From positions 3,286,001 through 3,350,000 of the forward strand of contig OZ251226.1 of NCBI GenBank assembly GCA_965240325.2: DNA of 64,000 bases. The letters run 5' to 3'. This DNA is from Rebecca billardiae RCC1528. Taxonomy: Eukaryota > Protista > Haptophyta. This document shows, in pieces, positions 43,450-55,193 of this stretch (position 1 is the first letter of the stretch; each line of letters starts with the position of its first letter). The notes below the pieces were generated by a model, which did not search any database, was not told the DNA's origin, and worked only from the letters and a program-made list of their open reading frames with translations. The position numbers and the translations under genes were made by a program.

Positions 43450-45504
43450 ATGATGAGGCATGGTGTTGACCCGACGCGGGGCGGCTTGTCGCCGCCCCGG
43501 TCGGACTCGCCGGCGCGGCGGCGCGCGCAGCTGATGCGCCGCGTGCAGACCATGTCGGCGCTGGACGACCGCCCCGAGCTCGCCGACTGGCGCGACTCCG
43601 TCCTCCGCCGCCCGCTCAACGTGAAGCGCGTGGCGGGCGAGGCGGAGGACCTGCCCGCCGACCACCCCGAGCTGGGTCCGCGCGCGTTCCGCGCGGCGTG
43701 GGCGCGGCGCAACCGGTCGCGGCCGTGGCTGGCGCGCGTGGTGCACCCCAACTCAACCGGCCGGCGCGCGTGGGACGCGCTCACCGGCCTCTTCGTCCTC
43801 GTCTCGATCTCGCAGGTGCCGCTGCAATACGTGCTCGCCTGGTGGCCGTACATCCCGCTCGCCGAGACGCTCGCGCCGCTGCTGGCGTTCGTGCGCGTGT
43901 GGTTCGTGGCGGAGATCGTGCTGAACCTGCGCACCGGGTACGTCACGCCCGAGGGCACGCTCGTGATGGACCCGCTCCGCATCGCGCGCCGGTACCTCTG
44001 CTCAGGCTGGCTGCTGCTCGACCTGCTCGGCGTGCTGCCGCTCGAGGCGCTCGTGGAGCGCGCGGGGATCGCGCACGCGCTGCGCCCGCCGACGCGGGTG
44101 GAGTGGTGGCAGCGGCCGGGCCAGGCGCTCGGCCGCGTGCGCCGCTTCTCCGGCCGGCTGCTGCGCACGCTGCGCGCCGTGTGCGCGCGGCGCGGCGGCG
44201 GGCGGCGCGCCGCGTCCGCCCGGCTCGTGCAGGAGGCGTGGGAGTGGTCCGCGCTCGCGTACCGGTGCAAGCGCGGCACGCAGGACACGGACCTGGCGTA
44301 CTGCGAGTGGCACGAGACGGCGCTCGAGCAGGCCGTCAACGTGTACCGCCTCTGCCGCCAGCTGCACGTGTACCGCGTGCTCGCGGCCGCGCACGCGCAC
44401 GGCGTGTCGATGTGGACGGCGGTGCACGTGCTCGCGCGGATGGGCGCGCTCGGCGACCGCACGCTCAAGCTGGTGTACCTGACCAAGTGGCACAAGCTGC
44501 GCCGGCTGCTGCACCTGACGAGCCTGTGGCGGATCGCGAGCACCTGGCTCGCGCTCCGCCGCGCGCAGGCGCGCGTTGCCATCGCGAGCATGCGCCGCTC
44601 CGTCTCGACCGAGCGGCTGCACTCGCTCTGCGCCTCGCTGTCGCGCAACGTCTCGCGCCACGCCAACCTGGACGCGCTGGCGGCGGACGTGGAGGCGCTC
44701 GCGGTCGACCTGGGCGGGCTGGGGCTGCGCGTGGCGAGCGTGCCCGCGCGGCTGGGCGAGATGATGCCGGGCAGCCCCTCGCCGCTCCCCAGCCCGTTCG
44801 ACCTGCGCGCGGGCGCGGCCGCCGCCTCGCGGCCCGCGCGCGCTCTGCTGCCGGCCGTGCCGAGCCTGCCAGCGTGGGCGGCCGCGCTCGAGCGCGGGCC
44901 GGGCGCGCCCTCGCCGCGCGGCGTGTACACGCGCGCGCCGAGGCGCTTCCCCCGCGCCGCCAACCGCGCGGACGAGGACGCGCTGCTCGAGCTGCTCTCG
45001 CGCGGCGCGCAGTCGCCGCCGCGCTCGCCGCAGCGCGCCGCCGCCAACTCGGCCGCGCGGATGCGCGGCGAGCCCGCGCCGCGGGCGGCGCGCGCGCGCA
45101 CGCCGCCGGCGCGGATGCTCGTCGAGATTGCGATCCCGCCGGCCGGCGAGGCGTCGGACGCCGTGCTGGTGGACGATGACGACCGCGCGCGGCTCAAGCG
45201 CTCGCGCGCGGACTCGGGTGGGACGAGCTCGGCGGCGCGCGCGTCGGGGCGGCCGCGGCTGCCGAGCGCGCTCTTCATGATGCGCCCCGGCTACACGGAC
45301 GCGCTGCCAGAGGCGGTGAAGGAGGAGGAGGAGGAGGAGGAGGAGGACGTCGACGGCACGGACTCGGAGGCGAGCGGGCCGTGGGTCATGCCGCCGCCCT
45401 CGCCGATCGGGACGATCACGCGCCAGCCGACGCCGACGGACGCCGATGCGGAGACGCTCAGCCGCATCTGCGCCGCGCCGTTTGCGCCGCGCGCCGGGCT
45501 GTAG
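43450..45504 (+). CDS. KCNH/CNG-type ion-transport N-terminal (voltage-sensor-like) protein with no visible pore or CNBD
   Basis: VVHPNS..RRAWD, EIVLNLRTGY, MDPLRIARRYL.SGWLLLDLLGVLP, later KWHKLRRLLHL; the C-terminus is low-complexity. Confidence 0.65.
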   Translation: MMRHGVDPTRGGLSPPRSDSPARRRAQLMRRVQTMSALDDRPELADWRDSVLRRPLNVKRVAGEAEDLPADHPELGPRAFRAAWARRNRSRPWLARVVHPNSTGRRAWDALTGLFVLVSISQVPLQYVLAWWPYIPLAETLAPLLAFVRVWFVAEIVLNLRTGYVTPEGTLVMDPLRIARRYLCSGWLLLDLLGVLPLEALVERAGIAHALRPPTRVEWWQRPGQALGRVRRFSGRLLRTLRAVCARRGGGRRAASARLVQEAWEWSALAYRCKRGTQDTDLAYCEWHETALEQAVNVYRLCRQLHVYRVLAAAHAHGVSMWTAVHVLARMGALGDRTLKLVYLTKWHKLRRLLHLTSLWRIASTWLALRRAQARVAIASMRRSVSTERLHSLCASLSRNVSRHANLDALAADVEALAVDLGGLGLRVASVPARLGEMMPGSPSPLPSPFDLRAGAAAASRPARALLPAVPSLPAWAAALERGPGAPSPRGVYTRAPRRFPRAANRADEDALLELLSRGAQSPPRSPQRAAANSAARMRGEPAPRAARARTPPARMLVEIAIPPAGEASDAVLVDDDDRARLKRSRADSGGTSSAARASGRPRLPSALFMMRPGYTDALPEAVKEEEEEEEEDVDGTDSEASGPWVMPPPSPIGTITRQPTPTDADAETLSRICAAPFAPRAGL

Positions 45505-45621
45505 CGAGCCGGCGCCTCGCTGCCGGCCTAAGACTGAGTGAGTGAGTCTGCTCTGACGACTCGTCTGCTGAGCATGTACGTTTTTGAAGACGACGATGTA
45601 GTCGTACTATACGACGACAGC

Positions 45622-45757
45622 TAGAGAGAGAGAGAGAGAGAGAGACTCGTCAGAGAGAGAGACGCGAGATCTTGATGATCAGACGAGATCGAGTCCGTGA
45701 GACTCGAGAGCTAGTTAGAGAGACGGTCTGAGAGAGCAGAGACGCGGAGAGAGAGAG

Positions 45758-45794
<37 letters not shown>

Positions 45795-45857
45795 AGAAAG
45801 AGAGAGAGAGAGAGAGAGCAGAGAGAGAGAGAGAGAGAGAGAGAGATGAGAGAGAGT
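45622..45857. repeat. (GA)n microsatellite region (also ~13075-13118 and (CT)n ~52594-52670)
   Basis: Read directly. Confidence 0.9.
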
Positions 45858-45996
45858 ATATCGCCGCAATAGATCGGGGCACGGAGTCGGGCTGCTCACT
45901 GACGAGTCGCTGCGCAGGCCCGGGCACCGCATCACAGCCCGCGGGCGACCATGCCGACGGCAGCCACAGCGCACCGCTGGCCCGCGCGGAGCGCGC

Positions 45997-47049
45997 TCAT
46001 CGCCGGCCCTGCCACGCGCGTTGCCCTCGGCGCGGCGGCGCGGCTGTCCGGTGCGGGCTCACTGGGCTGTTCTGCCGCGTGACCTCTTTCGCGCGCTCCT
46101 TGCTCCAGCCGTAGAGCAGGGTGAGCACGCGCCGCACCGCCGCGATCTGCACGCCCGAGATGCCGTGCGCGCCGTGCGAGGCGGAGCCCGCGCCGAAGAG
46201 GAACATCGGGCGCACGGAGACGAGCGTCGGCGCCACGTGCCCGTCGTACAGCAGCCAGTCTGCGCGCAGGCACGGCTTGGCGCGCAGGTCCAGAGTGCCC
46301 ACGGGTGCGGGCGCGGGCGAGTCGTATGCGGCGGCGGCGGCGCTCGGGCCGCCGGGCCAGTAGCGCGCGAGCATGGCGTGCAGCGCGCGGGTCGAGACCG
46401 CGTACGCGGCGGTCGACCACCCCTCGTTCTTCCCGTCGCGCGCGCCGACCAGCTCCTCGTGCCGCACGAGCAGCCCGCCCGCCGCGTGCCGCGCGGCCAG
46501 CCGCCTGTAGTGCGCACTCGTCGTGATGAGCGAGAGCTGCAGCAGGCCCCACTCGGGCGGGAGGGCGGCCCAGAGCCGGTCGGCGGCGGCGGGCGCGCTG
46601 CCGGATGGCGCCGTCCACTCGCCCAGCAGCCGCACGTCCACGTCCTCCTCGACGATCAGCGCGCCGTGCCGCCGCGCGTGCGCGGGCGCGTGCGCGAGGT
46701 GTCTGTGCGCGGCCGCCATGGCGCGCAGGTGGGAGAGCAGGATGGCGACCTCGGCGAGGGAGGGCGAGGGGCAGGTCTCGGCGGTGCGAGGCGGCGCGGG
46801 GTGCCTGAGCACCTCGAACGCGGCCCCCTCGGCTCGGCCTCGCAGGGCGGGGCGCGCCGCGCTGAAGACGAACGGGTCGGCCGTGCCCGCGGGGAAGATG
46901 GTCGTTGACATGAGCGCTGGCACGTGCTCGATGCGGCCGCAGAGCCCCGCGGCGGCGAGGCGCGCCTCGAGGGACGGGTTTGGCGCCTTGGCGATGTAGA
47001 AGACGGGGATCGTCGCGAGGACCGTGCGCGCGCCCAGGGGTGTGCACAT
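45997..47049 (-). CDS. Glycosyltransferase family 25-like protein
   Basis: EVAILLSHLRA, ALIVEEDVD, LPPEWGLLQL, WSTAAYAVS, ADWLLY. Confidence 0.72.
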   Translation of the reverse strand: MCTPLGARTVLATIPVFYIAKAPNPSLEARLAAAGLCGRIEHVPALMSTTIFPAGTADPFVFSAARPALRGRAEGAAFEVLRHPAPPRTAETCPSPSLAEVAILLSHLRAMAAAHRHLAHAPAHARRHGALIVEEDVDVRLLGEWTAPSGSAPAAADRLWAALPPEWGLLQLSLITTSAHYRRLAARHAAGGLLVRHEELVGARDGKNEGWSTAAYAVSTRALHAMLARYWPGGPSAAAAAYDSPAPAPVGTLDLRAKPCLRADWLLYDGHVAPTLVSVRPMFLFGAGSASHGAHGISGVQIAAVRRVLTLLYGWSKERAKEVTRQNSPVSPHRTAAPPRRGQRAWQGRR

Positions 47050-47221
47050 GGCGAGCGGACGGTGAGGCGTCACGCAGGCGCCGCCATCGTGATGCTACTA
47101 CAGTTTACTATGTTTTAACGTGCACACTTGGTTAAGGCGTTTACTACAGTTTATTTGTTTTAACGTGCGTAAGGCTCACGGTGGCAGGTTGCCGCGCCAT
47201 CCTTCATCGCACGCTCTCCGA

Positions 47222-47357
47222 AAAGAATAAGAGACGCACACAGCTCAGGCAGGCGAGATTTTACTAAGAACGAATAAGAGACGCACTCAGCTCAGGCAGG
47301 CGAGATCTTTATTACTGCTAAGAAATAAGAATACCAGACGCTCACAGGCAGGCGAGA
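47222..47357 (+). repeat. Three degenerate tandem copies of the ~45-bp unit TTTACTAAGAATAAGAGACGCACACAGCTCAGGCAGGCGAGAT
   Basis: Same unit occurs at 59.9, 60.5 and 62.9-63.0 kb. Confidence 0.85.
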
Positions 47358-47920
47358 GTATGCTGATACGAATTCGGCGCGCGATCGAATTTGATATGCA
47401 TCATGCATGCTGATTAAAATGTGCCGTGAGGCGTGAGCCCATTTGCATGCGCCAGAATCACATGGCAAATAATTATAATGATGCGCTGACGACGATATAG
47501 TCATGACGATAGTAGTCCTCGCCCTCGCTCGGGGCAAACCGGCACAGCAGGTCCATGCGAGCCGCGCAGCGCAGGTGGATCGCGCTCCAGCAGCTCAAGG
47601 CCGCGCTCACGAGCCATGGCGATCGCGGTTCAGCGGCTATGCTCTGCCTGTGCCACCCGGCCCAGCCGCGCCCGGACTTCGTGTCACAGTCGACGATCGG
47701 GCACTGATGCCGACGACGAATCAGGAGACCTGCGCCGTAGTCCTACCTGTGTCGTTAACGGTTATTATAAATCATATATCATCAGAATGAGTATAGATGC
47801 AGGAGACCTGACACTGCGCCGTCCTCCGCGCGGCCCGCCGCCGGTACGCCCACGGTACTCTGGGGTCTGGGGCCGGTACCTGCGTCGTTATTAAATCATA
47901 TATATATATATATATATATA

Positions 47921-48788
<868 letters not shown>

Positions 48789-48886
48789 GACGAAGTGCAT
48801 GGTCGGCGCCGCGGCGCGACGCTTTGCTCATATCAAGCTAGTATAGTGATCAAGTCATCGTCTGATAGACGATTCAGCAGCAGACA

Positions 48887-50095
48887 TCATAGCCTTGCGT
48901 CGCCGCTGCCCGGCCCCGACTCAGCGCACGCGGGGCCCGAGCTCGACGCGGGGCCCGCCGCGCCGCTGCCGCCTGCGCGGAGAGACGCAGAGAGCACAGC
49001 GCATGCAGCGCGCGCAGAGTCGAGGCAGCCGTCGAAGCGCGAGCCGTACGCGCTGAGCGCGTCGCCGGCGAGCACGACAGGCAGCCGGCCGCTCGGCGCG
49101 TCCGCACCGACGCCGATCGCGGCCGCTCCGAGCGCGAGCGGCGTGCGCACCTGCGAGTACGTCCAGCGCATGAGGCGCACCTCGCGCGCAGCGGGCAGCC
49201 CGGGGAGCAGCCGCCGCACGCTCTCCACCAGCTCGTCCCGCGCCGACGCGTCGTCCGCCGCCAGCTCGGTCCGCGCGAGCGCAAACGGCACGCTCGAGTG
49301 TGCGAGGAGGGCGGGCGGCTCAGCCGCGCCCACGCCGCGCTTGGCGGCGCAGCGCGAGAGGAAGGCGAGACTGGGCTCCTCGTCGCGCGAGACGTAGCGG
49401 CAGGCCCAGCCGAGGCCGTCGAGGAACGCGCGCGCGCCCTCGTCCGCGCCGTCCCAGAAGAGCGACAGCGAGAAGCGCGTCGAGTACTGCGCCGAGCCCA
49501 GAGCGGCGCGCAGCCCGCCGCCTCCATGCGCGTCGATGGCGGCCGGGAGCGCGCCGCCGAGCTCAAGCAGCTGGGGCAGCGGCGTGGTGAGCACGACCGC
49601 GTCGAAGCGCAGGTCTTCGGCGGGCTCGGCACCCTCCGCCTCGACGCGCCAGCCACCGGACCCGTCGTCCGCGTGGTGCAAGGCGAGCACACGCCGGCCG
49701 AGCGCCACGCGCGCGCCCGTGTGCTCGAGCAGCGCCTTTGCGACGGCGTTCATACCCGCGGGCGCCACCCAGCTGCGACCGGAGCCGTCGGCGGCGCGCG
49801 TGCCGGCGATGGTCGCCTCCATCGGCTTGAGCACGCCGAGCGCCGCCAGCCGCTCGTACACACGCGCGTGCTCGGCCGGCAGGTCGTCCACCTCCGTGAG
49901 GTACTGCGCGCCCAGGTCTGTCTGGCCGCCCGTGTCGGAGCGGCGGACGCTGGTGCGCCCGCCCACGCCGCGCGCCTTGTCCCACACGTGCAGCTCGACC
50001 GCGCCGGCTGGCAGCTCGCGCTCCAGGAGGTGCGCCACCAAGGAGCCCGTGAGCCCCGCCCCAATCACCAGCACGCGCGAAGTCGCGCCCACCAT
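48887..50095 (-). CDS. Renalase-like FAD-dependent oxidoreductase
   Basis: [64 protein letters not shown]. Confidence 0.88.
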   Translation of the reverse strand: MVGATSRVLVIGAGLTGSLVAHLLERELPAGAVELHVWDKARGVGGRTSVRRSDTGGQTDLGAQYLTEVDDLPAEHARVYERLAALGVLKPMEATIAGTRAADGSGRSWVAPAGMNAVAKALLEHTGARVALGRRVLALHHADDGSGGWRVEAEGAEPAEDLRFDAVVLTTPLPQLLELGGALPAAIDAHGGGGLRAALGSAQYSTRFSLSLFWDGADEGARAFLDGLGWACRYVSRDEEPSLAFLSRCAAKRGVGAAEPPALLAHSSVPFALARTELAADDASARDELVESVRRLLPGLPAAREVRLMRWTYSQVRTPLALGAAAIGVGADAPSGRLPVVLAGDALSAYGSRFDGCLDSARAACAVLSASLRAGGSGAAGPASSSGPACAESGPGSGDARL

Positions 50096-50315
50096 TGTGC
50101 GGCACGCCGATCGAGAGCGAGGACGCTCGGGGATCTGCGCAGGGTGACGACGACGGGAGATCTCTCACGAGAGAATCTTTGACGAACTCTGCGGCAGGCC
50201 TGGGAAACATTACCGAAACCGAATACCGTACGTAAGCGCAAGAATCGCGCGCGATGCGAGAATCTGCGAAGTGGCCGGTGAGCAATCGCGTGCGTCCTCG
50301 CCGTCCAAGCCCAAG

Positions 50316-51395
50316 ATGCTCAGCGAGGTCGAGCGCCGGAAGGCCGTGGCGGAGCGCGCGACGCCGAGCATCGTGAACGGCGCGATGCTCGAGTTCACCC
50401 TGTGGTCCGTCCAGCACGGCTACGTCGCGACGGCCGACGAGCTCGCGTGCATGGAGCGGTGCGAGGCCGAGATGCAACGGCGCGAGGTGGCGTACGGCGC
50501 GGCCGCCGCCGGCGCGGCGATGCTCACGACGCACGCGCGGCTGCCGAACGGCACGCGGCTGGGCGGGCGGATGCCCTTGCCGGCGCGCCTCGCCATCGCC
50601 GCCGGCGCCGCGTACATCGCCACGGACGTCGCCGTGCTGCACGCGTCGCGCTCGTTTTTGTGTGACGTGATCTTCCTGCGCGCCTCGCCGCTCGCCCAGC
50701 ACCTCCGGCGCAAGTTCGGGCTGCCCGGGCCCGAGGACGGGGACGACGAGGTTGCAAGCAGCACGCCGGCCGGCGCGAACGCCCACTTCCTCGAATGGGC
50801 CGTCTCGGAGCGCGCGCTCGCCTCCTCACGCTCCGCGGCCGCGCGCGCGCCAGACGCCCAGAGCGCGCACCACGCGCTCAACGCGACGCGCTCGTGGGCG
50901 GAGCGCACCAACTACAGCGAGACGGCGGCGGAGCGCGCGTGCATCGAGCAGAACGTCGCGCGCACCTCGCGCCAGCAGCTCGGCGCCTGCCTCGGCGCGG
51001 GCCTCGCCGCCTTCGCGCTGAGCGGCGTGCGCGTGCCCGCGCGGCACGTGGCGGCGCCCCTCAGCCCGCTCGTCTCCGGGCTGGGGCTGGCGCTGCCCGC
51101 GGCGACGCGGGAGGCGATGGTCTCGCTGCCGCTAGGCGCGCGCGTGTGCGTGGCGGCCGCGAGCGCCGCGGCCGCGAACGCCGCCGTCTCGGCGCGCGGC
51201 GAGCTCCGCCTGTGCAACGAGCTGGGCGCGCTGCCGGGCTCTCAGCTCGGCGCGCGGCTCGGCCGCGCGCTCGGCGCGCCGCGCGAGGCGCCCGTCCTGC
51301 GCGCGCGCTTCACCGAGCAGGCCGGCGTGTTCGCGCAGCGTGCGGCGGGCTCGCTCGTGCAGGGCTCGTACGCGCCCGCGCCCGCGTTCGGCTGA
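50316..51395 (+). CDS. Hypothetical protein with two internal repeats, each containing a hydrophobic hairpin
   Basis: E.ACME../LPARLAIAA..FLC..SPLAQHL recurs as ERACIE../LGARVCVAA..LC..SQLGARL. Confidence 0.6.
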   Translation: MLSEVERRKAVAERATPSIVNGAMLEFTLWSVQHGYVATADELACMERCEAEMQRREVAYGAAAAGAAMLTTHARLPNGTRLGGRMPLPARLAIAAGAAYIATDVAVLHASRSFLCDVIFLRASPLAQHLRRKFGLPGPEDGDDEVASSTPAGANAHFLEWAVSERALASSRSAAARAPDAQSAHHALNATRSWAERTNYSETAAERACIEQNVARTSRQQLGACLGAGLAAFALSGVRVPARHVAAPLSPLVSGLGLALPAATREAMVSLPLGARVCVAAASAAAANAAVSARGELRLCNELGALPGSQLGARLGRALGAPREAPVLRARFTEQAGVFAQRAAGSLVQGSYAPAPAFG

Positions 51396-52785
51396 ACCAA
51401 GCGCCACGCGGCACACGCATCCGCGCGTCGAGCCGCGCGGCTGCTCGGCCGCCGTGCGTCGGCGGCGGCGATCACAACTCAACTCGCAGCGCTCGCACGG
51501 TCTGCGTGAGCTGCGTCACCCAAGGTTGCCGCTGGCGATACCTCGCTCTCGTCCTGCCATCCACCCTCATCGTGCATCCGCGCCCAGGTGCTGACTGCTT
51601 ACCCGCCACAATACGTACACTAATGTCCACCTGATGATGCTGCGGCCGCGGGCATGACGCGCGCACTGAAGGACGGTCATCACTGATGCTGTACACGCCA
51701 CAGGCGCAGCGCCGCATGGGCCGACGCCGGCTGCGGCCCATCAGCCCACGCCTCTCGTCATGATATGCGCATATATATATGTCTCGTCAATATGCATATA
51801 TATATATATTATATTGTCATTGCGACCGACTATATGATTCAATGACGAGTCGTCAGACGAGTGGGTCGGGCTGCTCGTGGCCACGCCCACGGCTCTCCAT
51901 GCTGGGCTGTGGTGCCATCCAGAGTGCGCATGTGCAGCAGCCCAGGTGGGTGCAGCGAGGGGTGCTGCAGGCGCAGCAGTGGGTGCGGTCCGAGCTTGAA
52001 AATCCATGCTGCATGCAGGCCAGCCACCAGCAGCTAGGCTGCAGAGCTCTTGGCTGCACCAGCCCCACTCCAGCCCCCTCAAGTCGGGTGGCTGGCCACC
52101 CTCGGGGTGTGTCAGCGGGTGCTGCTGCTGGCCTCCCAGTGCAGGGGAGCTGACCGACAGGTCCTTGCGCAGGTGGGGGCGCTGGATTGGGCACTGTGCC
52201 ACAGCAGCTGCATCCCAATCACATCCCATGAGCCCCCCCCCCCCCCCCCCCCCCTCGGTGGCATGCAGCCCTCCCTACGGGGGGTACCACTACCAGATCC
52301 ACTGCCAAGCACAATTTAGGCCTGGTCTGTGTGGGCACACGGCCCGCGACCAGTGACGACAAGCCTGCTGCAGGATCTGGCCAGCTGCGACAGGCTGTAC
52401 GCCTGCAGCAGTGTGACCTGCTGGTGTGCCCAACTCCAGCCCACGCGGCGCTGGGGCTGACGCGCTGGGTCGAAACCGTCGTGCACAGGCCGTGGGGGCC
52501 GCCTGGATCAGCCCAGGCCCGGGGGGCAGGGTGAGCAGTGGCGTGCAGCTCAGTCAGAATGTGACGTTTAATTGTTGAGACCCCCGCCCTGTACTCTCTC
52601 TCTCTGCTCTCTCCCGGTTCTCTGGCTCTCTCTCTCTCTCTGCTCTCTCGTCTGCTCTCCGTCTCTCTCTCATCCTGTCTCACGGAGTCTCAGACTCAGT
52701 CAGTCTCTCTAGTGATCGGATGAGTAGACACAGCCGAGTCACGCACGCGCTGCCGGCGACAACGTGTGTATCATACAAGTCTGAG

Positions 52786-54627
52786 CTACCAGGCCTTCAG
52801 CTCGATGAAGAGGGCATCCACGCCCGTCTCCGTCTGGAAGCTGCGCAACTGTCCCTCCGGAATCATGGCGAAGTCGCCGAGGAAGAGGCTGCGCGGCGGA
52901 TGGGCGGACTGTAGCACGGTGAGGACACCGCTGCCGAGCGGAACGACGATCAGGTCGTGCCTGCCCGCGTCGCGGTAGCTGCCGCCTGGCCCCATCGACT
53001 GCACCTTGGACGAAAGGTGGCGGTAGCCCAACATGTTCCTCACGCTCCAGATCCGCGTCTCGAAGGACTGGCCTAGCGCGAGCTGCGGCCCGCCCGAGGC
53101 CGGCACGCGCAGTGAGCGGGGTACCGCTTCGGAGGCAAGCATCACCTTCTGCAGCTCGTGGATCTGCACGAAGTTGAGCTTCGGCAGGCCGAGTGCTTGC
53201 TTTCGACCACGCGGTGTGAGCTTGAAGCACAGCTCCTGTGCGCCCACCGCGTTGCCGGCGGCGGTGTGATACACGCCGGCGGGAAGCAAGTTCACGTGCC
53301 CTGTCTTGACCGTGAATGCGCTCACATTACCTGGGCCGCACATGCCCTCTAGGCTCACTGCGTACTGCACCGAGCCAGCGAGCACGACGCAGATCTCGTC
53401 GACGCGCGCGGCGCGCGGCCGGCGCGCAACCGTGCTTTTCGCGCTCCACTGGCGGAGGTGCGCAGAGAAGTAGTCCAGTGATGCCGTGTGCGCGTACCGT
53501 GGCCAGTCGCGCACGTGTGACTCACCGTCAGAGGCCTCCCACGAAGGCTTCTGGAGATCGATAGCTGCGCGGGGTACCACGAGGAGCTGGTCGAGCTTCG
53601 CGACCGTGCCGCCGTGCGCAGCGTCCAGACCGCTCGTCTCGTCGAAGTCGAGAGAGCACGCGCCAGCTGCGCCCGGCAGGTTTAGGTAGTACGGATCTAG
53701 CGCCGACGCGTGCGCGAGAGGTTGCGGCGGGGCTAAGTCCTCCACCGGGAAGAAGGGGTACCAGTCCGGGCCGCTCCAGTGCTTGCGCACGTCAAAGTCC
53801 AAGTAGGGCGCACGCACGGCACGCATGCACGCCTCCGTGCCGTACTGCAGCAGAAGCGTCTTGCGGTTGAAGGTGTCATCCGTCGCGTGCCAAACGTGAC
53901 CCAACCAGGCGACGCCCTCGCCGGTTCGCACTGGACCCTTGCGCTTCAGCTCGAGCCCAGCTTCCGGCCAAACGCGTTTCGCGTGCGCCACCACCTTCTC
54001 GGTGGAGCACCGCGCCTCCGGCCTCACGAGCATGTCGTTCCAGCAGCCCGTGTTTGCCAGAAAGTGGTCGGCGGTCACGTTTCCAATCTTTTCGGAACCA
54101 GTCACCAGCCGTAGGGGCGTCTTTGGCACCGACGTGCCGCGGGCGTCATCGGCGTCGCTCTGCACGAGGGTCCACACAGTCGCGCTCTGCTTGCCTGCGC
54201 ACTCTGGAGCCCACATGTCCAGGTCGGTGTGCAGGCGATGTACAGAGCCACGCGGCTTGGAAATGACCTGCACCGTGCGCAGGTAGAGCGGGCCGTCCCA
54301 GTCCATCAGCGCGCGCGCCTGGCGAGCGAGCGCTTTGTTCTTTGCAATCTGCCGGCACGCCTCCGAGTACAACCAGCATTGCTTGAGCATGATCATGGGA
54401 AACGGTCGCGCCAGGTGCGTCGGCGATGGCGGGAGAATGTTGCGCACCATCTTGGGCGCGATCGCCGCGCCGGCGAGCACGAGGTGAACCTGCGAGTCTT
54501 GGATGGCCTTGTGGGTGAGGTGGCGATCAATGGGCTCGTCAAGCTCGAAGAAGCGGAAGCCCGCGCCCGCTTCCCCGTTCGCAGCTAAGAGCAGCACCGG
54601 GAGCGTCGACGCGAACAGCAGCACCAT
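52786..54627 (-). CDS. Secreted PhyH-like dioxygenase fused to two cupin-like domains, intronless
   Basis: Signal peptide; LHTDLD, TVW, LRLVTGS, GEGV...VWHA, RKTLLLQY; then DEICVVLAGS..GHVNLLPAGVYH and a second degenerate cupin. Confidence 0.7.
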   Translation of the reverse strand: MVLLFASTLPVLLLAANGEAGAGFRFFELDEPIDRHLTHKAIQDSQVHLVLAGAAIAPKMVRNILPPSPTHLARPFPMIMLKQCWLYSEACRQIAKNKALARQARALMDWDGPLYLRTVQVISKPRGSVHRLHTDLDMWAPECAGKQSATVWTLVQSDADDARGTSVPKTPLRLVTGSEKIGNVTADHFLANTGCWNDMLVRPEARCSTEKVVAHAKRVWPEAGLELKRKGPVRTGEGVAWLGHVWHATDDTFNRKTLLLQYGTEACMRAVRAPYLDFDVRKHWSGPDWYPFFPVEDLAPPQPLAHASALDPYYLNLPGAAGACSLDFDETSGLDAAHGGTVAKLDQLLVVPRAAIDLQKPSWEASDGESHVRDWPRYAHTASLDYFSAHLRQWSAKSTVARRPRAARVDEICVVLAGSVQYAVSLEGMCGPGNVSAFTVKTGHVNLLPAGVYHTAAGNAVGAQELCFKLTPRGRKQALGLPKLNFVQIHELQKVMLASEAVPRSLRVPASGGPQLALGQSFETRIWSVRNMLGYRHLSSKVQSMGPGGSYRDAGRHDLIVVPLGSGVLTVLQSAHPPRSLFLGDFAMIPEGQLRSFQTETGVDALFIELKAW

Positions 54628-55193
54628 CCCTGCTACCCCGAGCTCACTACTAGCAAGCCCTTGCTACTAGCTAGTAGCAAATGAAATGGGACGCGGCGCC
54701 CGCGTAAGTTATAATTAATGTCATTATGGGGATACCCCATATATTAACGACGTGGTATGATGATGAATGTCGCGTTGAATCTGACACGCTGCAAAGGTGT
54801 TCTACAGGTACTTTACCCGTCTAATCTGTAATACTTAACTCGCGACCGCCCGCGCCGGTCGGTACCGGCGACTCGCTCGCTCGGGCCAAATCTGCAGATT
54901 TCAGACTTTTCGCCCCGCTAAGTACCAGATCGAAATCTGCCGCGCTCCGGCACTTTGGCATGAATGGGCACTCGTCGAGCCAACCAAGGTCAACCGTTTT
55001 GACCATCACGATGATCCACGAACCGGTTTCGGTCAGATCTCAGGACGAAGTCCAATATCAATGCGCACGCGCACGGGACATATCTGCAAAGGAGCGGTCA
55101 TAGATGAGGCCCATCATCTGATTGGATGATACCTCCCTGTCAATGCTCATCATTTTCGGTCAATATGAGTACGGTACACCGATGCGCAGAGAT

